Shown here piece after piece: positions 1 to 11,560 of a stretch of 64,000 nt of DNA. The translations under genes and the position numbers were made by a program. Each line of letters begins with the position of its first letter. The first letter of the stretch is position 1. The notes under the pieces are model-generated. The model was not told the DNA's origin, searched no databases, and saw nothing but the letters and a program-made list of their open reading frames with translations. The DNA comes from an uncultured bacterium (GTDB taxonomy: Bacteria > Verrucomicrobiota > Verrucomicrobiia > Limisphaerales > UBA8199): contig CAVVMW010000004.1 in NCBI GenBank assembly GCA_963749495.1, positions 768,001 through 832,000 of the forward strand, in the 5' to 3' direction.

Positions 1-853
1 CCAGGATGATCTGTCCGACGGGTTTCAGGCAAGGGAACGCATACCGCATCGGGTACCGGTAGGGATCGTAAGAGCCCCCTTCTTTGCGCAACCAGCCCAA
101 ATCCAACGGGCGCAACGAATTGCCGGGCTTGCGCGAAATCTCGCGCGGGTAGGCGTCTTCGAGCAGCAACCGGTTGAGCCGGACCAACTCGCGGCCCTGC
201 GGATGGTCCTGGCGCAGCCCATCGGTCTCGGGGCGCAAACGCGCTCCTTCAAAACGCTTTTCCTCGAAGAGGGATGGCCCGGCGATGATTGCGTTGAGGC
301 ATTCCACCAGGTTGGTCAGAAAAACCCTTTCCAGCGGGTGGCTCGGCTTAGATGCCTGGAAGGCCGCCAGCGAGGTCTTCGTTTTCTCGTCCAGGCGCTC
401 GCTCAGCCAGGCGGACAGAGAATCGGATTTCCTGGCCAGCTTTTCGGCCATGGAAGCCTGCCCAAGAATATCGACCAACGCGAACGTTGAGGAATCAGTT
501 TCCTTCACTCCCACATAATCTTTGTTGGCCGGGGAAAAGGCGCCTTCGGTTATTTCTTGCAACGTGGGGGCCGGGAATTCGTGGAGCCGGCGGTCCCATA
601 CGTTGTTCTTGGTGATGCTGATCGTGATGCGGTCCGGCCGCCCCCAGATAACGGTGTGCATCTTCAAATTGTTGATGCTCATCGCAGAGCGGCCTGGATC
701 GGTGGGATTCAACGCGCCCTGCAACACCGTGGATTGCGCAGCCTCGCGCAGCGGGATTTCCCGTTGCCAGGGAAGGGGCTGGGGGGCGGCCGTGGCAAGG
801 GCCGGGCAGGCCACGCACGCGGCCACCACTAATGCCGTCTTCAGAGGATTCAT
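1..853 (-). CDS. Secreted glycoside hydrolase-like protein (GH95/DUF5703-like N-terminal region), runs off window start
   Basis: Not in ORF track (no stop in window); translated by hand from ATG at 853: MNPLKTALVVAACVACPALATA (signal peptide)...ITKNNVWDRR...YAFPCLKPVGQIIL, open to position 2. Confidence 0.6.
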   Translation of the reverse strand, partial: MNPLKTALVVAACVACPALATAAPQPLPWQREIPLREAAQSTVLQGALNPTDPGRSAMSINNLKMHTVIWGRPDRITISITKNNVWDRRLHEFPAPTLQEITEGAFSPANKDYVGVKETDSSTFALVDILGQASMAEKLARKSDSLSAWLSERLDEKTKTSLAAFQASKPSHPLERVFLTNLVECLNAIIAGPSLFEEKRFEGARLRPETDGLRQDHPQGRELVRLNRLLLEDAYPREISRKPGNSLRPLDLGWLRKEGGSYDPYRYPMRYAFPCLKPVGQIIL

Positions 854-861
854 GATCGGGT

Positions 862-3437
862 TCACTTGGCTGCTTTGGCCGCATCGGCGGCCCAGACGGC
901 GCGGATGGCGTCTTCGTCACCCATCCCTTTGGGGACCGCCGGGCTGGGATTGTTGGCGAAGTACCAGCGGATGTCCGGCGAACTCGCGGTGCGGCTGCCG
1001 GGCATTTGCAGGAAGCCATTGGGGTCTGTTTTTCGCACCCAATCCCAGGCGTACTTCAGCCAGTTCGCTCGATACTCTTTGCTCTGGTGCGCGAACCAGG
1101 TGATTTCGTCATAACCCCAAACCCAATTGCCCCCTGCGCCGGCCTGCCCCGGGGTCCGGCTGACGCCCCAGTTGTCGAGTTCCACCAGGTATGGCAGGTG
1201 CTCGCATGTCCAGCCACTGGGGGTGATGCCTCCCTTGCTATGCCCGTAGATGCCGTCGGAAAAGCCCACTTGCAAGATTGCATCCTGGGGTTTGTCGGGG
1301 TTCTCCTTTATGCGTAGCGGGAAGGCATGAAAATCGAGCAGCAATCGCCCGTCATGGACCAGGCCGCCAGTGGGGGTGTGCCCATTGCACAGGACCATGT
1401 GTCTGCGGGCGTGCTTGGCCGCGTAAGCCCGGACCAGGGTGAGCAGATGCTCCCACTGGGCATTGTTGCGGTCATTGCGGTTCATGATCTCGACTTGCCC
1501 GAAGTGGATGGCTTCGAAGCCGAGGTCAATGTACGACGCCGCCTGGTAATAGAACCAGAGCTGGGTCTCCAGGCGGCTCGCATCGGGCACCTGGGCGTTG
1601 CCCATCGCCCGGCGCTGTCCCACTGGGTAGATGATGTTCGTATAAATGAAATTCCTCTTCTCCAGCGGCTGCCCGAGGTCGGTAAACACCCAGTCCGGCA
1701 CGGCAATCTGCTCCACGCGCGGGCTCACGGTCTCAAAAACGCAAGCCTCGAGGATCGATCTCCGGGTCGGCGGCAAGAGCCTTGGGAACCTGCGGCCTGG
1801 CCCGCTCGAGATTCGCCAGGAAATTGTTCTCGGCGCCCCATAGGCAGAGGCTGCGTCCGGCATACTTTACCCCGATGCTCTTGAGCATTCGGATATTGTC
1901 ATCCAGGTCACCCCTGCCGTTGAACACCCCCTCCACCGAGATGGAGCGGGCCAGGTATTTTTCCAACACCTCACGCGAGATCGTTCCGTCAAAGTAATAC
2001 GCACTGGTCCGCGGGACGCCAAGGGCGAGTGCTGTTTGTGGCGCCGTATTCTTCTGCGGTTCAGCCGTGGCCGGTTCTGATTTCAGCTCCACGCTGTTCA
2101 CCGTAATGACGGCGTAAGAGTGTCTCTCGCCCGTCTTAGCCGAGGTGTCCACGAAGCGCATCTTCGGCATCGGCTGATCCGGCGTATCATGATACGTCAT
2201 CGATTGGAACAATGGCCGTCCGAACTTGCCGAGCGGCTTCTCCGGCACCATGGCAAACTCCTTCCCATCGCGCATGACGATGAAGCCGCCGATGCCGCTC
2301 TCGAAATCCGCTTCCGCGTCCCAACTGATTTCAGTTTGCCGATCTCCATTTTGGGTCACCCGCACGTCGAAAGGCGCAGACGGCGGCGTGGTGTCGCCCA
2401 CGGCCCCGGTTTTGACGTATTCCATCCACGCCTTCGCCACCGCTTCGTTGGGCAGCCACACGGACTCCTCCGGCTTTCCATTGTAATCGGCCGCCGGCAG
2501 GGCCGTGTCGCCACCGAGCGGCGCCAGCCAGGCCTTGCTCAGGTCCACCGGCTTAAGCGTTTGATCTTTGCTCGACTTGTCCGGCAGCCGCATCGCCAGG
2601 CAGGCGTCAAGGAATGGGATGGCGAAATAGCGGCTGTCGCCGCACTCGTGGCCGGTGCGAGGGTCCTGCGCGAAGCCGGTGGGCGCCCCATTGGTGCGGT
2701 AAACCGCGTAGGTGGCCAGGAGGATGCGAGTCAGGCCCTTTTCCTTCACGCCGGTGGTACACATCCTGGGGATGGCGTAGCTCGCGGCGGGGATTGCAAC
2801 CGGTGGGAACATGGCGGGTCGGTCGGCCCACACGAACGCCGAACCGGAGCGGTAATAAACCGCTACGACGCGTTCGGGATGAAGGGTGCTCATGACATCT
2901 GCCCATCCGGCCCCGGCGGAATGGCCCCAGAGCGCCCAGGGGACCGTCGCCAATTCAGGATGGCCGGTCCTGGCCGCAAACTCGCCAAGGGCTTTGACGA
3001 AGGTCCTGTCCGAGCCCAGGCGCGGGTCGAACCAGTAGAGCGAGCCTGCGGCCCCGAGGTCTCCATCGTTCAACACGTGGTAGCTTGGGCCGAGCAGGGC
3101 GCAGTCCCACTTCTTCGCCAGGGCCTGCCAGTGCAGGTCGTAGGCGGCAGTCGAGCCCCTCTTTGGAGGCCGTCATGCCCGCGCCGTGCTGGTGGACGAT
3201 GATGCCGCGGAAGGTCTTCACGCCGTCCGGAATCCAGAGTGTGTAAGTGACGGCAATCCTCAGCTCGCCCTCGACGGTCAATGTTGGATAATCAACCTTC
3301 AGATATTGTCCGGCCCCATGCATCGTTCCCATGCAGCCGAACAGGGCGACGATGAACGAAGTGAGCGCCGCAAGCTTCAGCCCCATGTGAGGACAAGGGC
3401 CGGCTCCGGCGCTGCTCCATTTGGTTCGCGTTTTCAT
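862..3437 (-). CDS. Secreted multidomain protein: alpha/beta-hydrolase + Fn3-like + TIM-barrel-like (putative glycoside hydrolase) domain; two apparent frameshifts (~3157, ~1758)
   Basis: ORFs 2955..3437, 1733..3076 and 862..1863 join into one frame on removing single bases (ASKEG|STAAYDLHWQ; DPEM|ILEACVFE); GHSAG nucleophile elbow; N-terminal hydrophobic signal. Confidence 0.65.
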
Positions 3438-3560
3438 GGTCGGATGGGATTATTGTGCTCGCGCGGTAATGAAATCCACTGGAGAGTTGGCTTTTTGCAT
3501 TTTCAGCTTGGTGTAGATAGCTCTTGGCTCAATAGTGTCCAGACATCAGTATCGAGAGGC

Positions 3561-3624
3561 GAGTATCGAGTGTCGAGGGGCGGCCGTTCGGCGTTCGCTC
3601 GACGCTCGACTCGACGCTCGACAC
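3561..3624. repeat. Short-unit palindromic repeat (GTCGAG.../CTCGAC units)
   Basis: gagtatcgagtgtcgaggg ... ctcgacgctcgactcgacgctcgacact, intergenic. Confidence 0.5.
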
Positions 3625-3663
3625 TGGCCCCCTGCATGTCCGGCTACTTCTGAACCGGGGTCT

Positions 3664-3722
3664 AACAGGAGGAAACAAAGGGAACAGAGTTTTCTTTCTC
3701 TGTTTCCTCGGTTTTCTCCTGT
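3664..3722. repeat. AACAGGAGGAAAC-type 9-mer-unit palindromic repeat, copy 1
   Basis: aacaggaggaaacaaagggaacagag...ctctgtttcctcggttttctcctgt; related copies at 7329, 13930, 53486. Confidence 0.7.
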
Positions 3723-3743
3723 CTGCTTTTGTGTCATTACGGT

Positions 3744-6700
3744 TTAGTTGGCGGCGAGGTCGGCGTTCAGATGCACGGCCTCCCCGGGCTTGATGGTGAT
3801 GGCCGCGGTCTTCTGACCGCACCGAACCTTGATGGCTCCGCCCTTGAGGCCGTGGATGTCGGCGGTCTGCAATTTGCTGCCCTTCCATTGCACGCTCACG
3901 TCATACTCGCGGCGGGCGCGCAGGCCGGAGACTGAGCCGTCGTCCCAACCAGCGGGCAACGCGGGCAGCAAGCTGATTTCCCCGGCATGGCTCTGCACCA
4001 ACGCCTCCGCCACCGCCGCCGCAAAACCGAAGCTGGCGTCGGACTGGTTGGCGCCGGCATTGTGCAAGTTGGGGGCTGGGCACCGTCCCATGTGGGTTTC
4101 GATGCATTTGGCAACATGGTCGCCACGCTCCAACCGAGCCCACATGGCGATGCCCCACGAGACGATGAACCCGCCGCCCGGCCGGTGAGCTTCCATCCAT
4201 TTTTGGTAAGCGGCGGCAAAGTCCGGATTGCCGCGCAACGTAATGGAGCATCCGGGATAGAAGGCGAAATTTGGCGAGACGTTGTGCCCTTGCGGACCTG
4301 TCTTCCAGTCTTCGATCCATTCCTGGACGAATCCGGAGCTGCCGATCTGATAGGGCGGAATCTTCGTCAGCGCGTCTTCCAGTTTGGCCCGGAAGTCAGC
4401 GTCCACGCCCAGGAGTCTGCCGGCCTCGATGCAATGCGGGAACAACTCGCGCATGATGGCGACATCCATCGTTGGCGAGGGTGACAGGACGGCGGGCTTG
4501 CCATTGGCGTCGAAATAGCCGTGCCCCGGCGACATGGAGAACGGCGTGACCAGCCAATGGTGCTTGGGCTCGACGATCATTATGTTCAGCAGGAACCTGG
4601 CGCAATCTCTCATCGCCGGATAATAGTTCCTGAGAAAATCCACGTCCCCGCCAAAGGCGTAGTGCTCCCAGATGCTCTGGCACAGCCAGGCGCCGCCGAC
4701 CGGCCACATGCCGAACCGGGCCGCGTCCACCGGCGCGGTGCCACGCCAGAGATCGATGTTGTGATGGGTGACCCAGCCGTCCACGCCGTAATAGACCTTC
4801 GCCGTCCTGGCGCCCGTTTCGGAAATGTCCTGAATCATGTCGAACAAAGGCTGGGCGCATTCCGGCAGGTTGCAGACCTCGGCGGGCCAGTAGTTCATCT
4901 CGGTGTTGATGTTGATGGTGTATTTGCTGCCCCAAGGCGGAAGAACGTCTTCATCCCAGATGCCCTGCAAGTTGGCCGGCTGGCCGCCGGCGCGGCTGCT
5001 GGCCGCCAAAATGTAACGGCCGAGCTCGAACACCAAAGCCTCCAGGTTCGGATCGCGCGTTCCCGCCTTCACTGCGGCGAGCCGCTCGTCAATAGGCTTG
5101 TCGTTTTGCGCCGCGTCGCCAACGTGCAGATGAACGCGCCCCATCAATCCGCGGAAATCCCCCTCATGGCGGCTGCGAAGGCTCGCGTAATCCTTGCCGG
5201 CGCAGTCCGCCAGAATCTTCCGGCACTGGGCGGCTGGATCGCCGCTGATGTCGTGGTAATTGATGTAGCTGGTCGCCGTGGTGAGAATCAACGTGACAGC
5301 GTCCGCCTTCTGGATGCGCACGCTGTCTGCAGTGGCCTCCGATTGGCCGCCTTCGGCGCGCGCCGTCATGGCGGCTTCAAAGCGAAGGCCCGTTCCTTCG
5401 ACCGGTGCGATCAGCCAGTTCGTTCCCGAGCCCGGCCTCCTCCACGTTCCGTTCAGGACCAACTCGCCGGCAGTGGCGGTGATTTTGTCCACAAATTGGG
5501 CGGGACTCTTGAACCGCGCCTCGACCGAGACGGAGCCGGGCTTGTCCGCCGAGATGCGCACCACCAGCACGCGGTCCGGGTAGGAGATGGAAGTCTGGCG
5601 GGTGTACCGATACGCCGCCGGAGCGATAGGTGACAGTGGCGACGCCAGTTTCCATGTCCAACTCGCGGCGATAATCGGCAACCTCACCCACGCCGTCGAA
5701 CGAGAGCGACAAATCGCCGATGGGCTGATAGGCCTGCTGGCCCTTGGGGATGCCCCAGAAATGGTCGTCAACCATTTTCTCAGCCTCTTGGAATTTCTGC
5801 TCCGCCATCAGGGCTTTGATCTGTTCGAAATACTTGCCCGCATCCGGGTCGTCGTAATCATGCGGCTTTCCGGACCAGAAGCTCGAATTGTTCAGGGCGA
5901 TGCGCTCCGTTTTGGTTCCGCCAAAAACCATGGCGGCGGTTAGCCCGTTGCCCAGGGGCAGCGCCTCCAGCCACTTGACGGCCGGTTGGCGATACCAGAG
6001 GGTCATCTCCCCCCGCCGGCCGGCGGGCTTGGCGGACGTCTCCGAGCCAGGCGGGATCAGCGCCCGCACCACGTTCGTGTTGAAGCGGCAGTTCTCGGCT
6101 TTGGCGTTTTCGGCCAATTCGAACAAGGCTCTGGCCGCGATTTCGCGGGAAGGCCGCTCGCCGCCTCGGTTCCAATACTCAACGACCTTCCGGAAATCAT
6201 CGGGACGCCGAATTGTGAGCGTGCAAGACCCGGAGCTCACCTTCTTGTGCGGCCACCACGCCCAGCCAATATGGTTCTTCTCGACCAGGGCCACGCAGTC
6301 GCGAAACCACTGGTCGTTGTTTTCGCCGCTTTCGCCGAGCCACAGCGGAATGCGGTGCTTTTCCCGGAGCGCAAGGAAGCGCGCGATGGCTTCCTGGGTG
6401 TTGGGGTTCCAGTATTTGTGAAAGCTCAGGACCATGTTCGGGTCCCACGGGCCCGGAAATCCATTGTAGTTGTTGCCCCAGCCGTTGCCCTCGATGATGA
6501 CGATGTGGTTGGTATCGACTTCCCGGACCGCCTTGCCAATGGCCTGGTAGAGTTCCCAGAGCGGCTTGTTCTGGGTATCCTCTTTGCCGTTCTTGTCCTT
6601 GCCTTCGAAGGTCCAGTTGGGTTCGTTGAGCAAATCATACCCGCCGATCCACGGCTCCTTGGCATAGCGCTCGGCCAGTTTGCGCCAAAGCGCGATGGTC

Positions 6701-7275
6701 TTTTGCCGGTTCAAGTCACTCTCCCACAACGAGGGTTTGGCCGGATCGTAATCGGAGATGTTGGCGTCCCTGCCTTGGCCGCCGGGGGCGGCGTGCAGGT
6801 CTAAAATCAAATACATCCGGTTCGCCTTGGACCAGGCCAGCAGGTTGTCGATCATGGCAAAGCCCGTTTCGAGCCAGGTGTTGCCGCCTTTGACCGGCTC
6901 CTCTTCAAACGGCAGCGTGAACAGGTTGTAGTGCATCGGCAGGCGGATGCTGTTGAAGCCCGACTTGGCCAGGAGCTCCACGTCCGCCCGGGTCATGTGG
7001 TTTTGCCGCCAGAGCTGGTAGAACTTCTCGCAATCCTCCTTGCCCACCAAATCGGTGATCCGCGCCTTGATCGAATGCTGGGTGCCCTCGCGGTTGATGC
7101 CGAGCATGTAGCCTTCCTGCAGCATCCAGCCGCCAAGTCCCATGCCGCGCAAGATGATCTCCTGTCCCCGGCCGTTCACGATCCGCCCCGCCTGTGCCCG
7201 GAGAAAGCCGGCCGGTTGCGCTTGCCCCACGCCGCTGTACGCGAAGAACAACAACAAGACCAATACTCTTTTCAT
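3744..7275 (-). CDS. Secreted GH5 (cellulase family) + GH95 (alpha-1,2-L-fucosidase family) fusion; one apparent frameshift at ~5610
   Basis: GH5 motifs LDLHAAPGGQ, YDLLNEP, LGESGEN; continues in frame to GH95 start LWYRQPAVKWLEALPLGNG; after one extra base the 3744..5771 frame gives PANLQGIW, YTININTEMNYW, GWVTHHNIDLW, LLPALP..W..G.V.GLRAR. Confidence 0.85.
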
Positions 7276-7328
7276 AAACTGTTTTGTGAATTTATACCGG
7301 GCGCCATAAATGATTGCACCTGAATTAA

Positions 7329-7390
7329 AACAGGAGGAAACAGAGAGAACGCAGACATACCGTTCTCCGTTTCCTCCGTTTCCTCCTGTT
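7329..7390. repeat. AACAGGAGGAAAC-type palindromic repeat, copy 2
   Basis: aacaggaggaaacagagagaacg...cgttctccgtttcctccgtttcctcctgtt. Confidence 0.7.
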
Positions 7391-7392
7391 CA

Positions 7393-7893
7393 TTGCAAAT
7401 CGTGATGGTGACCGTTTATGAAGATAGCGAGCGCATTTTTCGGGCCTTGAAAGCCGGGGCCAGCGGCTATTTGCTCAAGTCCAGTCCGCCGCAGCAGTTG
7501 CTCGAAGCCGTGCGCGATGTCCATGGGGGTGGGGCTCCGATGTCCAGCCATATCGCGCGCCAGGTCGTGCGGCGCTTCCACTCAGCCACAATGTCATACC
7601 TTCTCCCGGCAAGAAAGGGAGACTTGTTTATTGACGCGCTCATTTTTCGGTGTTTTTGCGTGTTCTATTCCAAAGCCGCCCCGCTGCCAACTCAAGAATT
7701 TCATGCCTGGCAGAAGGGGAACGGTTTCGACCAGTTGCCAGGCCATGGTCCCAGGGATTTCAAACCCTGGCTGCAGGCCCTGGCCGCGATTGGTTATCAC
7801 GGCTGGATGACCCCTTTCGTGCATGGCGAGGAACCCGCCGAGAAAATCGCCCAGGTGGTCGCGAAGGCTCGCGTTCACCTCGATGACATGTGA
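7393..7893 (+). pseudogene. Chimeric remnant: NarL-type response regulator fragment joined to the C-terminus of a sugar-phosphate isomerase/epimerase (AP_endonuc_2)
   Basis: IVMVTVYEDSERIFRALKAGASGYLLKSSPPQQLLEAVRDVHGGGAPMSSHIARQVV lacks receiver N-terminus and HTH; later LPGHGPRDFKPWLQALAAIGYHGW. Confidence 0.65.
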
Positions 7894-8212
7894 AGGTCCC
7901 GCGCGTATTGAGGCCCGGTGGTTGGCAGCACATCGCAGTGGTGCTCGACCTGTCGCAAAGCAAGGCCCCGCGATGGCCTTCTGCCGCGCTTCGCACCACG
8001 GTGCGCTTGCCGCAGCCGGCAGGGTTCGTGTTCAATCGGCCTATGCGATACCGGTCTCTTGGGACGCTGCCGCTTCTTTGGGCGTGCAGGGCGGCGATGG
8101 TCTTGACCTGTGCCTCCGGCCAACCCGCGAGCTTCCGCCCTCCGGCCGTAGTGATCACCCCAAAGTGCAGCTTAGTCCTCCGACTTTGCCGAAAACTCCT
8201 TCAAAATAGTTG

Positions 8213-8240
8213 TTGACGGACTTTTTAAATATGTCATACT
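8213..8240 (+). promoter_or_regulatory. sigma70-type promoter of AbrB-VapC operon (probably leaderless)
   Basis: TTGACG-16 nt-CATACT with TG extension, 7 nt before the GTG start at 8248. Confidence 0.5.
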
Positions 8241-8247
8241 CTATTCT

Positions 8248-8538
8248 GTGAATACGACAGCACAGGCCGATACCGTCCGGTTCACCACCAAGGGCCAAGT
8301 GGTCATTCCGTTGCGGTTCCGCAAACTCTATCAAATCGAGGATGGCACCCGCGCCATCGTCACCGCCACCGACGAGGGCATCCTGCTCAAACCGGTGACG
8401 ACGGCCATGATCGAGCGCGGCTTTGGCCTGCTCAAGCGCAGGGGCGGCGGCAAGCCGCTGGCACAGGAATGGGCCGAGCACAAACGCGACGAGCGCGATA
8501 AGGAGGAAGCCAGGTATGCCCGGCACGGTTCTCGATAG
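8248..8538 (+). CDS. AbrB/MazE/SpoVT-family antitoxin
   Basis: VRFTTKGQVVIPLRFRKLYQIEDGT signature; overlaps downstream PIN gene. Confidence 0.85.
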   Translation: MNTTAQADTVRFTTKGQVVIPLRFRKLYQIEDGTRAIVTATDEGILLKPVTTAMIERGFGLLKRRGGGKPLAQEWAEHKRDERDKEEARYARHGSR

Positions 8539-8917
8539 CTTTGCCCTCATTGCCTACTTCCGGGGCGAGCCGGCAGGCGTGCCGATCAAGGAATGCCTCC
8601 AGAAAGCGACCAAGACGGACAAGCCCGTCCACATGACCGAGGTGAACTACGCAGAGGCCAAATACATGATCCTGCGCAAGGACGGCGCGGACGCCTGGGC
8701 CCAAGCCGCCAAAATCCTTATCGCCCTGCCTATCGAATTCCACCCGGCGGACCGCGAACTGGCGGACGTGGCGGCGGACTTCAAATCGCGCTTCAGCCTC
8801 AGCCTCGCCGACGCCTTCGCCGCCGCGCTGGCCAAGAAGCACAAGGCCGAGCTCGTCACCGGCGACCCGGAGTTCAAGGCGGTCGAGAAGGAAATCAAGA
8901 TCGGGTGGCTTAAATGA
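8516..8917 (+). CDS. vapC: VapC-family PIN-domain toxin
   Basis: MPGTVLDSFALIAYF...VNYAE...LSLADAFAAALA...LVTGDPEF, acidic PIN residues present. Confidence 0.9.
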   Translation: MPGTVLDSFALIAYFRGEPAGVPIKECLQKATKTDKPVHMTEVNYAEAKYMILRKDGADAWAQAAKILIALPIEFHPADRELADVAADFKSRFSLSLADAFAAALAKKHKAELVTGDPEFKAVEKEIKIGWLK

Positions 8918-9226
8918 ACCGATCTTCCAAGAACAGGTTCGCGAACCACGAGTTGGTCACGCTCGCACTCTACCTCCTCGGAGGGGACCCAGGGCCTGTG
9001 GATCTCTCTCAATTGCGGGGTCCTGGCTTTGGCTGGCGCCGCTCTGGGAGGCGAAGCCAAACCCCGCTCCCTGGTGGATTGAATCAACCCGCTCATCGGC
9101 GCGTCCCGGGACCATGTCGAATGGTTGATCGTCGAGTTTGACACCTGCGCCACCGACATCTTCGTCGCGCTCAAGGAGAGCTACGGGTACCTGACGAAAA
9201 ACGGGCTCGGTGAGGGAAGAGTTTAA
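8914..9226 (+). pseudogene. Two remnants: 5' start of a hypothetical gene and 3' end of a sugar-phosphate isomerase/epimerase
   Basis: MNRSSKNRFANHELVTLALYLLGGD then loss of coding character; ~9115-9226 reads WLIVEFDTCATDIFVALKESYGYLTKNGLGEGRV*. Confidence 0.45.
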
Positions 9227-9796
9227 GATCGTGGCGAGGCGGTCATTCCGCCATCACCGTTCTGACCTCGCCGTTGACGCGCACTCTGGCCGACCGCGGG
9301 CTGGCAGACGTGATCCGGAAGTTCGTGACTCGGTTGTCCTTCCATTCAAGGTCCACGGTGAACCCGCCGCGCGCCCGCAGACCGGAGGCTTTGCCGGCTG
9401 TCCAGGTCTTCGGCAGAGCGGGCAGGAGTTCGATTTCCCCTGCGTGCGATTGCAGCAGCATTTCGCCGATGGCAGCGGTCTGCCCGAGGTTGCCGTCGAT
9501 CTCAAACTCTGCGCCCGCGTTGTTGAAGTGCGCCGTCAGATTCGGATTAACGCTCCGCTGCAGGTGCGTGTCCAGGACCGCCAATGCGGCGTCCCCGTCG
9601 CCGAGCCGGGCGTATGTAGAGCCTGTCCCAAAAGGGCGAGTTTTGGCAGTGCCATTACATTCGCTGATCCATGACGGCGCCACCATCAAACAAAGTGGAC
9701 TGGGATCATCTCTTCCCTCCGTATTTGCGCAAAACCGGTCGCGCCGGTACACACCACGTCCCCGGTCTTGTGTTTGGAAAATCGGCCGGGCGGCCC

Positions 9797-11290
9797 TCAG
9801 GCCGCCCGGCGGGCAGCTTCGGCTTTCTCCAATCGCGGCAGCCGCGCTAGCACCCACAGGTTGTGCACCAACACCGTCCAGGTCACGGTCAACTCCCGGT
9901 GTTCAAAGCCTTTGCAGCGCATCCGCCCACCCAGGAAGACATTCTTCACAATGCCGATGCGGCCTTCGGTTTGCGCCCGGCGCCGCTGCATGCGCTTGAA
10001 TTTCCAGGAACGGTTCCGCTGTCGGAGCTGCCCGGGTGAACGGGGACAGATCGCGTTGAAGATCTTTTCTTCGTTCAAACCGAAGCGGTTGAGTTCGCTA
10101 TCGAACCCCCGGTCACCCCCCAGCGCCTTGGGGCCTGGCGCATAGGCTTCTTGCATGCGTCCCACTGTGCGCGGCAACAGGGCGGCGTCGGCCGGAGCAC
10201 TCTCGCGGAACAACTCCCAATCCAGGATCAAGCCTTGGGGATTCTCGGCTAGAAAGAGGGTGTTGCCGAACTCCACTTCGGCCCCGGCTTTTTTGCGCAC
10301 AACGACGTGGACGTCCGCTTCATAGAGGCTGAGGATCTTTTCTTCATTGGGCACGAGTTGGCCCTTCAAGATGCGCTGGCGGGCCTGTTGGCGGGCCTTG
10401 GGCAATTGCTCCAGGACCTGGTCCATGCGCCCGAGCACCTGCTCAGCTTGGGGGCGAGTCCACTGGGTTTGCTCCCAGTGCGTGTCGAGCAACTCCCGGT
10501 AGCGGCGGGCGTGATGGCGGACCGTGCCGACCAGGCGGTCCATTTGCCGGAGGGTTTGTTTGCGTAGGCGCCGGCTCTGCACTTGATCCTGCCGGCGCCA
10601 GGCATGGGTCATTTTAATGCACAGCCCATTGATGCGGCTGATGAAGCTCTCCGGCTCCTCCATGCGGTGCTTGAGCCCCTGGTCGCGGATGAGCCGGACC
10701 GAGCCCATCAAGGTGCGGGTGGCATCGCGCAGCAGCACCCAGTCCACGGGGTAATGGATGTGGGCGCACAGGCAGGTGGAGTCCAGATAGGCGCTTTCCA
10801 AATCCAGCGGCTGGGCCAAGTCCAGTCGCTCCGGCGCCTGGGCACCCTGGACCAGGAGCTTGTGGATCAACTCCCGCACCTCGGCTTCCGGCCACCAGGT
10901 GAAGTAGCGTTGGAGGGTGCTTTTGCTGGGCACGACCACGCGGTCAACCTCGCTGATGCCGCAGAAGTACTGCAAGAGAGGACTGTCGGCGAGGCGGGCG
11001 GCAAAGCGGCGGTAGTGCTCTTTGAGGAGGAGCCGGGCGGTATTGCAGCGCAGGGCGCGCCGGGCGTGGAACTGGTGCTTTTGTTGGGCCTTGGCGCTGA
11101 CGCGCTTTTGGCCGGCCAGCCAGCGTTGGAGGTCCGCCTCGAGCATCTGCGTTTCCAAGGGGCTCTGCACCAGCAGGCCGTCGATGCGCAGGAGTTGGTC
11201 GCGCAAGTCGCGGTAATCAACATTGCCCTCGATGGTGGGCAGGATTTGGGGCAGTGGCAGTTCGAACGGAATGATATTGGCAGCCGGCAT
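9797..11290 (-). CDS. DDE transposase (497 aa)
   Basis: YLDSTC, GGDRGFDS, RRAQTEGRIG..K catalytic motifs; VPSKSTLQRY; KKAGAEVEFG; lies within TIRs. Confidence 0.9.
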   Translation of the reverse strand: MPAANIIPFELPLPQILPTIEGNVDYRDLRDQLLRIDGLLVQSPLETQMLEADLQRWLAGQKRVSAKAQQKHQFHARRALRCNTARLLLKEHYRRFAARLADSPLLQYFCGISEVDRVVVPSKSTLQRYFTWWPEAEVRELIHKLLVQGAQAPERLDLAQPLDLESAYLDSTCLCAHIHYPVDWVLLRDATRTLMGSVRLIRDQGLKHRMEEPESFISRINGLCIKMTHAWRRQDQVQSRRLRKQTLRQMDRLVGTVRHHARRYRELLDTHWEQTQWTRPQAEQVLGRMDQVLEQLPKARQQARQRILKGQLVPNEEKILSLYEADVHVVVRKKAGAEVEFGNTLFLAENPQGLILDWELFRESAPADAALLPRTVGRMQEAYAPGPKALGGDRGFDSELNRFGLNEEKIFNAICPRSPGQLRQRNRSWKFKRMQRRRAQTEGRIGIVKNVFLGGRMRCKGFEHRELTVTWTVLVHNLWVLARLPRLEKAEAARRAA

Positions 11291-11341
11291 GAGGCTAGAT
11301 TATACTCTAGCCCACAAAAGGCAAGAACTATTTTGCAAAAA

Positions 11342-11560
11342 ATGCAAGCAACCTATCCATTGAAAATCCAGGAGATGCGTTCCAAGGGAAAACAGCCCCG
11401 ATTTTATGTCAGCTTTCCATTGGCCCTAGCCGCGGCGATTGGTCTGGAAGGCGGTGAACGCGTCCAATGGGAACTGCTGGACCGTGGCGAACTCCATTTG
11501 GTTCGGCCCAACGGGCCCGCGCCCACCACCCGCCGGCGGGCCTCGACAAAGCCATTATAG
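11342..11560 (+). CDS. Small AbrB-like protein carried inside the IS, divergent from the transposase
   Basis: MQATYPLKIQEMRSKGKQPRFYVSFPLALAAAIGLEGGERVQWELLDRGELHLVR, swapped-hairpin pattern. Confidence 0.7.
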   Translation: MQATYPLKIQEMRSKGKQPRFYVSFPLALAAAIGLEGGERVQWELLDRGELHLVRPNGPAPTTRRRASTKPL

